Of a DNA stretch of 13,676 nt, positions 1-6,969 are shown piece after piece. Positions within the stretch are counted from its first letter, which is position 1; every line of letters begins with the position of its first letter. The notes beneath the pieces are model-generated. The model was not told the DNA's origin, searched no databases, and saw only the letters and a program-made list of their open reading frames with translations. The DNA is from an uncultured Acidobacteriota bacterium (lineage in GTDB: Bacteria; Acidobacteriota; Thermoanaerobaculia; UBA5066; DATFVB01): contig CAWEYG010000022.1 of assembly GCA_963813155.1 (NCBI GenBank), positions 1-13,676 of the forward strand. Direction: 5' to 3'. The translations under genes were made by a program, and so were the position numbers.

Positions 1-62
1 AGCGCGAAACCCGCGTAGCCGAAAATCCACGACGCTCCCGGTCTCCGAGTCGTATACGGGTA

Positions 63-2093
63 ATGGGGAGCAGTGTGAGACAGCGAAGCATCGCGGGCTT
101 CGTGGTGATCTTTTTGGCCTCTGCCGTGTTCGCAGGACGGGGAACATGGACAACCAGCGGACCGCCGGGAGGCGCTGCCGTAATTGCAGTCGATCCGCAC
201 CAGCCGCTCACGGTCTACGCCCTCGGTGGCGGCCTTTTCAAGAGTGCGGATGGAGGTCAGAGTTGGGAAGCAAAAACTCTCTTCGTTTCTGACCCCTGGT
301 GCCTGGCAATCGCCCCAAGCGATCCTTCGATCCTTTACATCGGATCTCAGACGGGTCAGGTCGTGAAGAGCTCGGATGGCGGAGAGACATGGAGGGAGGC
401 TGATTCCGGGCTGCCGACCCCTTCTTTGTCTTTGGGCCGAATCATCTATGTAATCGCGATCGACCCTACAAATGCTGAAATCGCCTATGCGGGCACGTAT
501 TCCGACGGGGTCTTCAAAACCCTCGACGGAGGGAAATCCTGGAAGAGCGTCGGCTTGCCTGACCAATCGCGAGCCACGGCGATCGCGATCGATCCAAGGG
601 TTCCCTCGACTCTTTTCGTCTCAACGCAGAGCGACGTCGGCTCGCCCCCCGAGGGGGTTTTCAAGAGCACGGACGCGGGAACCACGTGGACCCTGGAGGC
701 TACCGGAAGGGCTGCGGGAAGTTCTTTGACAATCGACCCGTCGGATACGCGCGTGATTTACGAAACCGTCAATTCAGATGGCGTTTTCAAGAGCTTAGAC
801 GGCGGCTCGACCTGGCAGCAGATGAACACCGGGATATCTGAGACCCCGGGCGTCTACGTCGGCTCACTCGCCCTCGATCCCCTGAATCCTGCCACGATCT
901 ACATCGGGCTCTATGGGGACCAGGTGTTCAAGAGCGAGGACGGCGGTTCCCATTGGTCACGGGTGTATTCCGGGGATGGCCTCGCGTTTGCGACGGTCGC
1001 CACGGGGGAATCCGAGGTCTTTCTCGGAGATGCCACGCATCTCGCGAAGAGCACCGACGGAGGTGCGCATTGGGTGACAAGCGACACCGGCCTGTTCGAC
1101 AGCGACATCGCCTGCGTCGCGGTCGACGCGAATGACACGCTGTACGCGGGTGCGTCAGCGTCCTCTCTGACGAAGAGCTCCCGGCCCGACAGAACCTGGA
1201 CGCAGCTGGAAATCCCCGGCCTCACGGAGCCAACGGTTCGGACCATTGCGATCGACCCATCAAACTCAGCGGTTCTTTATGCCGGAGTCGATGGTTACGG
1301 CATTTACAAGAGCGTTGACTCCGGGGAAAGATGGACACAAGCAGAGGAACTCTTTGGAGGATACACACTTGCGATCGCAATCGACCCGCTCGATTCGCAA
1401 AACATTTACGCGGCGACCGAAGTCCCTCCGCTCGGTCTCGATTTTGACGGCGCGTCCTGGGTCTCGCGCAGCTCAGACGGCGGGATGACCTGGACTTCCT
1501 TCGGTCCGGCGAATTCAATCGTTGCCGATTCGCTGGCGATCGATTCAGATAATCCCTCGACGCTCTTCGCTGGCGGCCAGATTCCGGGGGGAATGTTCCG
1601 AAGCACCGATTCCGGGGACAGCTGGGTCGCACTGAACACGGGCCTTACGGGCGGCGGATATCTCTCCTCCGTAGTCATCGACCCCCATGATTCTTTGACG
1701 ATTTACGCCGCGCTCGGCTTTTTCACGGCTCCCGAATTCGGCATTCTGAAGAGCGAGGACGGAGGCGATCACTGGGTGCTCAGGAAACAGGGGCTGCCGG
1801 ATGGTCCTGTCACGGCTCTGGCGATCGACCCTGTTCATTCGAAAGTCCTCTACGCGGGAAGTTACGATCAAGGCGTCTTCAGGTCCGACGACGCTGGCGA
1901 AACGTGGAGGCCGATCAATTCCGGGCTCCTGAACCCGAGAGTGAATGCGCTCGCTTTCGATTCGAGCGGGTCGCGCCTTTTCGCGGGAACAGCGGCGGGA
2001 GTCTACGAAATGTCCCCGCTGTCGATCACAACTCTTCCGCCGCCAAATGTAGCTCCGATCAGCGGTCGACCGGGGTTCCGCCCCAGCCCTTGA
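63..2093 (+). CDS. Secreted Asp-box (BNR)/VPS10-like repeat beta-propeller protein, 676 aa
   Basis: N-terminal signal peptide (RQRSIAGFVVIFLASAVFA). About 12 SxDGGxxW-type Asp-box motifs (KSADGGQSW, KSSDGGETW, KTLDGGKSW ... RSDDAGETW) plus one degenerate copy, alternating with 'AIDPxxPxxxYAG' strands. An alternative GTG start at 75 lies behind GGGGAG. Function is not assignable from sequence. Confidence 0.88.
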   Translation: MGSSVRQRSIAGFVVIFLASAVFAGRGTWTTSGPPGGAAVIAVDPHQPLTVYALGGGLFKSADGGQSWEAKTLFVSDPWCLAIAPSDPSILYIGSQTGQVVKSSDGGETWREADSGLPTPSLSLGRIIYVIAIDPTNAEIAYAGTYSDGVFKTLDGGKSWKSVGLPDQSRATAIAIDPRVPSTLFVSTQSDVGSPPEGVFKSTDAGTTWTLEATGRAAGSSLTIDPSDTRVIYETVNSDGVFKSLDGGSTWQQMNTGISETPGVYVGSLALDPLNPATIYIGLYGDQVFKSEDGGSHWSRVYSGDGLAFATVATGESEVFLGDATHLAKSTDGGAHWVTSDTGLFDSDIACVAVDANDTLYAGASASSLTKSSRPDRTWTQLEIPGLTEPTVRTIAIDPSNSAVLYAGVDGYGIYKSVDSGERWTQAEELFGGYTLAIAIDPLDSQNIYAATEVPPLGLDFDGASWVSRSSDGGMTWTSFGPANSIVADSLAIDSDNPSTLFAGGQIPGGMFRSTDSGDSWVALNTGLTGGGYLSSVVIDPHDSLTIYAALGFFTAPEFGILKSEDGGDHWVLRKQGLPDGPVTALAIDPVHSKVLYAGSYDQGVFRSDDAGETWRPINSGLLNPRVNALAFDSSGSRLFAGTAAGVYEMSPLSITTLPPPNVAPISGRPGFRPSP

Positions 2094-2096
2094 TGG

Positions 2097-3542
2097 CTAC
2101 CCCGTCGCCCGCTCCCGCTCTGCAGCCTCTCCTGCCGCCGGCCGGGCCGAGGCGTGCTCCTTGAGGTAAGCCGCGGGGTCCATCATGCGCTGCGTCCGGA
2201 CGAGCACGCGAACGAGATAGGGGATCTGCCGCGGCCGCACCTGCCGGATCCAGTCCCACAGGCTCTTCTCGCCGCTCGTGTTCAGAATCGACCGCCTCCA
2301 CGTCTCCGCGTACAGCTCGAAGAAGCGCCGGGCGCCGAGCTTCGGCTCCCACAGGACGTGGCTCATGTCGTACTTGAACCAGGGTTGCCCCTCGATCGCG
2401 GGCGCCAGCTTTCGGTGGAGCTCCGTGCCCGGCAGCGGGGTCAGCACCGTGTAGCCGGCCCGCTGGAACCCGTGGCGCGCGACGAAGTCCCACAGCTCGC
2501 GGAAGTCCGCTTCTTCCCAGTCCGGATCGACGAGGAAATTGCCCGTCACGCCGTATTTCAGGGAGCGGGCGACTCGGGCCGCCTCGACGCTCTGGTTCGC
2601 GCTCGCGTCCTTAACGACGCTCTGCAGCCCCGCGTCGGACGCCGACTCCAGCCCGAAGAAGATGTCGAAGTCCTTCGCGAGCGGCCGCCACTCCGCCAGG
2701 AGGTCCGCGTTGCGCGCGACGAGGTCCGTCCGGCTCTGGACGAGCATCCACCGCTTGCGGATTCCCCTCTTTCGCAGCGCTCGCGCGAGCTCGAGGCTCC
2801 TCGCGGGGTGGTTCCAGAACAGGTCGTCGACGACGAAAACGTTCTCTCCGACCGAGGCGAAATCTTCCACGACCGCGGAGACGCTTCTCTCCCGGAACGA
2901 CCGGTCGTAGAGCTGCCAGACCGAGCAGAAAGAACAGCGGAACGGGCAGCCGCGCGCCGTCTCCACGAGCCAGACCGGCTTGAAGAGAAGGCAGTGGTAC
3001 CGGTTGCGGTAGCGGGCGACGAGATCGCGCGCCGGAAGAGCAACCTCGTCCAGCTCCGTGCGGTTCGACAGCGGCGGCGTGGAGATCCACCCGTCCCGTG
3101 TCTGAAGCCGCAGGCCCGGAACCTCCGAGAGCGGCCGGCGGCGATCGAGCGCGCGCACGAGAGCCGGGAAGATCTCCTCCCCGTCGTCGGTGCAGATCGC
3201 ATCGAGGGCATCGTTCTCGAGCGGTTCCGGATAGGCGGACGCCGCGTGCCCCCCGGCGACGATGAAGGCGTCCGGAGCGACGCGCCTCACGTCGCGCGCG
3301 ACGCCGAGAACCTGGTCGTACTCGAGCGCGTGCATGCCGGAGATCCCGACGACGTTCGGCCGGACGCGCCGAGCCCACGAAGCCGCGCCGGCCCCGAACC
3401 TCTCGTCGACGATGACCGACTCGTATCCGGCACGGCGAAGGCCCGCTCCCACGTATTCCAGGCCGAGCGGCTCGACGCGGAAAAACGGCCCGAGGCCGAA
3501 GCGCTCGTTGCCGGGGTCGGGGCGAATGAACAAGGTCTTCAC
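2097..3542 (-). CDS. Cobalamin-binding radical SAM enzyme (class B methyltransferase type, HpnR-like)
   Basis: N-terminal B12-binding domain (VEPLGLEYVGA ... IVAGGHAAS), ETARGCPFRCSFC (CxxxCxxC), VDDLF, FFGLES and TPLPGT motifs. Start placed at GTG 3542 (VKTLFIRP) because family members begin with an M-K/R-hydrophobic strand; the ORF track's extra 60 residues look non-coding. Confidence 0.88.
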   Translation of the reverse strand: MKTLFIRPDPGNERFGLGPFFRVEPLGLEYVGAGLRRAGYESVIVDERFGAGAASWARRVRPNVVGISGMHALEYDQVLGVARDVRRVAPDAFIVAGGHAASAYPEPLENDALDAICTDDGEEIFPALVRALDRRRPLSEVPGLRLQTRDGWISTPPLSNRTELDEVALPARDLVARYRNRYHCLLFKPVWLVETARGCPFRCSFCSVWQLYDRSFRERSVSAVVEDFASVGENVFVVDDLFWNHPARSLELARALRKRGIRKRWMLVQSRTDLVARNADLLAEWRPLAKDFDIFFGLESASDAGLQSVVKDASANQSVEAARVARSLKYGVTGNFLVDPDWEEADFRELWDFVARHGFQRAGYTVLTPLPGTELHRKLAPAIEGQPWFKYDMSHVLWEPKLGARRFFELYAETWRRSILNTSGEKSLWDWIRQVRPRQIPYLVRVLVRTQRMMDPAAYLKEHASARPAAGEAAERERATG

Positions 3543-3607
3543 GGACTGGTCCAAAGAGCTTTTTCCGGCGCCGATCCTACGCGGATTCTTCCCCGCCGGC
3601 AACATTC

Positions 3608-3616
3608 TGCTAAGAT
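3608..3616 (+). promoter_or_regulatory. Candidate extended -10 promoter (TGcTAAGAT) for the 3767 gene
   Basis: TGnTAAGAT in the AT-rich part of the divergent intergenic region; motif match only. Confidence 0.35.
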
Positions 3617-3766
3617 ATTTGCTTGTTCTTTTAGAGGAGAGACGGATTTGTCGCGTTCGGCAGTTGCCCTCGAACAACCCCGCAGGAAATCCCGGCGGCC
3701 TCTTGCGGCACCGCGCACGCACGGAAACGTCTCTAAAGGAAGCTCACAAGTGAGGAGGTCAAGCAA

Positions 3767-5026
3767 ATGAAACGGATCGCGCTCGCCATCGGAATCTCGT
3801 GGTTTCTTGCCGCAGGGGTGGTTCAAGCCGCACCAGTCTTCAAGGGCACCCTGTACTACACGACGTATCTACTTTCGCCGAACGTCTGGAGCGTGACATA
3901 CAGCTACGATCAGGGTACCCAGGCCCTCACGCTGGGTGTTCCGACCGTCGTTGCGAGTCTGCCGGACTACGGTGCAGACGGCATCCTCTTCGCTCCGAAC
4001 GGCGATTTGCTGGTGGGCGGCCAGGAAACGGGGAAAGTCTACGATGTCGTCGTCGGCTCGGGCGCTTTCACGTCAGTCTCGCCGGGCACGACGGGGCAGA
4101 GCCAGAACTCCTACCATCTGGCGCTCGACCCGCTTCGAACGAAGTTCTACACTTCGAACTTCTCGGGACCGCTCGACGTCGTGCCGCTGCCATTCGGCAC
4201 GCAAGGGACGACTCACGCCATCTCCGGCGACGAGGATGGCGTAACGCAAGTCGCGTTCGCCCCCGCCACGGGAAAGGTCTTTTACGTCAATGGGCCGCCA
4301 GACTGTTGCGGCAACGTCGGGACGATCAATCTCTCGACGGGCCTCACGACGCAGATCTTCAATGCTCTGAGCCAGGCCCATGGAATCTTCTACGACGCTT
4401 TTACGGGCCTCATGACGCTGACCGGCGGGACCGGGACCGCGACTTTTGACCAGAACGGCGGAAACCTGAAAGTCAGCGGAACTCTCAATGGCGGCGGTTT
4501 CGACCAGGGCTCGCTCGACGGCTTCGGCCATGCCTTCGTGGGGGGCGACGGCGGATTGACGTTCATCGACTACAGCGGCTCGCATGACATCACCAACCCC
4601 GACAAGGTGATCATCAATGCCATCGCCGGAATCGACGACACGCAAATCGCCGAGACGTGCACGCTCTCGCAGGGCTATTGGAAGAATCACGCGAGTGCCT
4701 GGCCGTCGAGCTGCCTGCCGATGCAGCTCGGGACGAGCGTTACCTACTCGAAATCCCAGCTGTTATCCATTCTTGGCACGCCGACCCGCGGCGACGCCAG
4801 CCTGAGCCTCGCCGATCAGCTGATCGCGGCCAACCTGAACATCTGCAACGGATCCGACCCCAGCCCGGTTCTGGCGGTAATCGCGGACGCGAACGCGTTG
4901 ATCGGCGCTGGCTCGATTCCGGAACACGTCCGTTCCAACACGACGCTCGGAAAGAAGATGGTCGCGGATGCGGCAATTCTCAATCAGTTCAACAACCGCG
5001 TCCTGACGCCCGGCTGCACGCCCTGA
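3767..5026 (+). CDS. Secreted hypothetical protein, 419 aa: probable beta-propeller N-terminal region plus C-terminal 'CTLSQGYWKNH..WP' domain
   Basis: Strong SD GAGGAGG at 3752-3758. Signal peptide MKRIALAIGISWFLAAGVVQA. Repeated propeller-like strands (DGILFAPNGDLLVG, HLALDP, QVAFAP, HGIFYD). C-terminal helical region LADQLIAANLN...LNQFNN. Confidence 0.85.
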   Translation: MKRIALAIGISWFLAAGVVQAAPVFKGTLYYTTYLLSPNVWSVTYSYDQGTQALTLGVPTVVASLPDYGADGILFAPNGDLLVGGQETGKVYDVVVGSGAFTSVSPGTTGQSQNSYHLALDPLRTKFYTSNFSGPLDVVPLPFGTQGTTHAISGDEDGVTQVAFAPATGKVFYVNGPPDCCGNVGTINLSTGLTTQIFNALSQAHGIFYDAFTGLMTLTGGTGTATFDQNGGNLKVSGTLNGGGFDQGSLDGFGHAFVGGDGGLTFIDYSGSHDITNPDKVIINAIAGIDDTQIAETCTLSQGYWKNHASAWPSSCLPMQLGTSVTYSKSQLLSILGTPTRGDASLSLADQLIAANLNICNGSDPSPVLAVIADANALIGAGSIPEHVRSNTTLGKKMVADAAILNQFNNRVLTPGCTP

Positions 5027-5039
5027 AACCGGAGGGCAT

Positions 5040-5075
5040 CGCGAAGAGGGGAGGCTTCGGCTTCCCCTCTTCGCG
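5040..5075 (+). terminator. Strong hairpin, probable intrinsic terminator after the 3767 gene
   Basis: CGCGAAGAGGGGAGGC-TTCG-GCTTCCCCTCTTCGCG: 16-bp stem with one G-U pair and a cUUCGg tetraloop, 13 nt after the stop. There is no clear U-tract. Confidence 0.65.
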
Positions 5076-5090
5076 TCCCGCGCCGGCGCC

Positions 5091-5119
5091 TTGACTCCCC
5101 CGCCCGGCTCCGCTATCTT
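5091..5119 (+). promoter_or_regulatory. Sigma70 promoter of tRNA-Gly
   Basis: TTGACT (5091-5096), 17-nt spacer, TATCTT (5114-5119), ending about 20 nt before the tRNA. Confidence 0.7.
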
Positions 5120-5138
5120 CTTGCTTCTTCTGGCCTGG

Positions 5139-5213
5139 GCGGGAATAGCTCAGTGGTAGAGCGCCACCTTGCCAAGGTGGATGTCGCGGGTTCGACTCCC
5201 GTTTCCCGCTCCA
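5139..5213 (+). tRNA. tRNA-Gly (anticodon GCC)
   Basis: Acceptor stem GCGGGAA/TTCCCGC, D-arm GCTC-AGTGGTA-GAGC, anticodon arm CCACC-TTGCCAA-GGTGG, T-loop TTCGACT, discriminator T and encoded CCA; 75 nt. Confidence 0.98.
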
Positions 5214-5226
5214 AACTTTCGCCGAT

Positions 5227-5601
5227 TCACACGATCTTGCACGGGATGAGCGCGTCTTCGTCGAAGGAGTAGACGGCGCAGAGTCGATGGTACCCGTCCG
5301 CGATGACGACCTTGCCGAGTGTCCGTCGCGCGCACGAGCAGGAGCGGAGAAAGCCTCTGACGCTTTCGAATCTTCGCCCGGTCCTTCTCCACGTGCGAAT
5401 TGCTGACTCCCAGGAGAGACAGGCCCGAGGCCCGGAAGATGTCTTTTGCCTTGAACTGGACGACCTTCGACTTCTTCAGGCGCCGGACGAAGGACGCGGC
5501 GGACGCCTTCGTCGTAGAGAAGCGCTGAGGTAAGACTCGGCGGCCGGATAGTCATGATCTTCCGGCCGATCGAGCCACCCGATCTTTGCCTTCGCCCCCA
5601 T
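5227..5601 (-). pseudogene. Small (~120 aa) ParB/Sulfiredoxin-like conserved protein, interrupted by three frameshifts (pseudogene or sequence error)
   Basis: Manual stitching of three minus frames gives [123 protein letters not shown]. Extra bases lie near 5523, 5506 and 5320. 'PLLLV...IADGYHRL' fits the ParB/Srx motif. Confidence 0.75.
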
Positions 5602-5609
5602 TTGGCCCG

Positions 5610-6508
5610 TCAGAAGTGGGCATGCGATTGCCAGCCGTCACCCGTCCGTTGTCGTCGGTCACGGCGTACGCGCTCCATATGTACTGGCCAACGTCATTGG
5701 CCGAAAAATATTGACGAAAACGTCGCCGAGATTTCCGGCCGGGATTGCGATCTGCGTCAGCGAGAACGGTTGCACCGTCACCGTGATTTGCACGGTATCG
5801 GCCGTTCCGACGGCCTGGACCCTCCAGGTGTGAACGACGGTATCGAGATTGCACGATCCCGACATTGCAGTGGTAGTTGGCGTCTTGCTTCATTCCGAGA
5901 GCAACCGCCAGAGTGCCGCCGCTCGGGATCCACCAGATCCGCGAGATTGAGACCGGGGAGCTGCAACGAGGTCGTGCCGCCCGTGCCACCCGGCTCGGGA
6001 GTCCAGATCCGCGAAAGCCGTCGATTTGCGCTGCCAGATCGATGCCGCCATTGGCGTCGACGGAGAAGATGGCGACCGCGCCCAGGCCGCTCTGCTGTAG
6101 GGTCTCGGCGACGAAGTCGTGAACGGCGAGTTGTATTCGGAGCTCCCGTTGAGAACATAATTGGGAAGGCGCAGCGGCGAGATTGTTCTGGCCCGCCGGC
6201 AGCCAATAGATCGCGAGATTCTGCGCAACCTTACCGCCAGCGTCTTGTGAAAAGTTCGACAGCATCACGTCAGACTTGAAAAATGCGCCGTTGCTTCCGG
6301 GAAGGCTTCCGGCCGCCTGAAAGAGCAGGGCCGAGACGTAGCCGTCGTTGATGACCGATTCCGTACGAATTCCCGAACGGGCCGACCGACGTTCCTGGAA
6401 CTCCTTCATTCTTTCGCCGAGGGTCTTCGACGGTAACGAGATTTGCGTCAGGCCCGCGCCGTGCGCGAACCCCGTCATCAACAGAAATACCATCAAAAGT
6501 TTTTTCAT
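5610..6508 (-). pseudogene. Secreted hypothetical protein (~300 aa), interrupted by at least five frameshifts (pseudogene or sequence error)
   Basis: SD AAGGAG and signal peptide MKKLLMVFLLMTGFAHG. A coherent protein is recovered by switching frames: AAGSLPGSNGAFFKSDVMLSN...AQIDGF/SRIWTPEPGGTGGTTSLQLP...LVD/PSGGTLAVALGMKQDANYHCNVGIV/NLDTVVHTWRV...QPFSLTQIAIP...VNI/SANDVGQYIWSAYAVTDDN/TGDGWQSHAHF*. The stop is TGA at 5610-5612, not 5552. Confidence 0.75.
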
Positions 6509-6513
6509 GAGTC

Positions 6514-6588
6514 CCGTCTCCTTTCCTTGAGTCCTTTTCCCGAGCGCGAGAATTCAAACCGAAGCGCTCGGGGGACCGCGGATGACGG
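6514..6588 (-). promoter_or_regulatory. Predicted mRNA hairpin joining the leader's RGPP-coding region to the Shine-Dalgarno of the 6508 gene
   Basis: Transcript reads CCGUCAUCC-gcg-GUCC-CCCGAGCGC-(16 nt)-GCGCUCGGG-aaaa-GGAC-ucaaggaaa-GGAGACGG-gacuc-AUG, giving nested stems of 9, 4 and 8 bp (one bulge). Pairing was read by eye, not computed. Confidence 0.6.
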
Positions 6589-6934
6589 ATCGTTTTTCCG
6601 GAGCGGAGAGGAGTCCCGGCGCCGGACAATTCGGGCCCAGGGGCAGGATCGCGATGGAAACATCCAGCGAATATCGGATGGCCGCGAACGCGAGAAAGTC
6701 GTGCCAGAAACAAGCGAGGCAGGGATCGTCGTCGACGAAGACGAACCGCGACAGCGCCGCCTGTCCGCCGACCGCGGGGTTGATGACGCGGAGAAACGTC
6801 CCCGAATCGCTCGGACCGTCTGTCAGCAGATCGCCGATCGGGTTGAGATGCCGGTGGGCCGCGAACAAAGAGGAGCCGAGAATGGCGAGCAGACAGCACG
6901 CCCCAAGGACCCGGCTCCAACGTTTCAGTCGAAT
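6554..6934 (-). CDS. DUF2946/CruR/CutF-like leader protein: signal peptide, HxH, CxxC and C-terminal RGPP
   Basis: The frame is open from 6943 to TGA 6554: IRLKRWSRVLGACCLLAILGSSLFAAHRHLNP...DDDPCLACFWHD...SVIRGPPSASV*. The start is uncertain: ATT 6934 or CTG 6928 would include the signal peptide, while the track's TTG 6868 omits it. Confidence 0.65.
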   Translation of the reverse strand: MRLKRWSRVLGACCLLAILGSSLFAAHRHLNPIGDLLTDGPSDSGTFLRVINPAVGGQAALSRFVFVDDDPCLACFWHDFLAFAAIRYSLDVSIAILPLGPNCPAPGLLSAPEKRSVIRGPPSASV

Positions 6935-6969
6935 GATTTCGTTTTACCGTATCATGGAGAGATCCCGCC

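Noticed and set aside
63-2093. Recurring gcgatcgaccc-like DNA words as a repeat array or CRISPR
   Set aside because: They encode the AIDP and Asp-box protein repeats, are degenerate at the DNA level, and no cas genes are present.
2154-3770. 538-aa plus-strand ORF
   Set aside because: Antisense shadow of the radical SAM gene with no recognisable motifs.
5139-5230. tRNA-Gly as an integration site for a genomic island
   Set aside because: No integrase, no duplicated tRNA 3' end found in the window, and no clear compositional boundary.
4989-5555. 188-aa and 80-aa minus-strand ORFs crossing the tRNA
   Set aside because: They run antisense through the tRNA. Only short segments belong to the frameshifted 5227-5601 gene.
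5315-6170. Programmed frameshifting or a diversity-generating mechanism as the cause of the indel cluster
   Set aside because: Too many shifts in both directions, no consistent slippery motif, and no reverse transcriptase or template repeat in the window.
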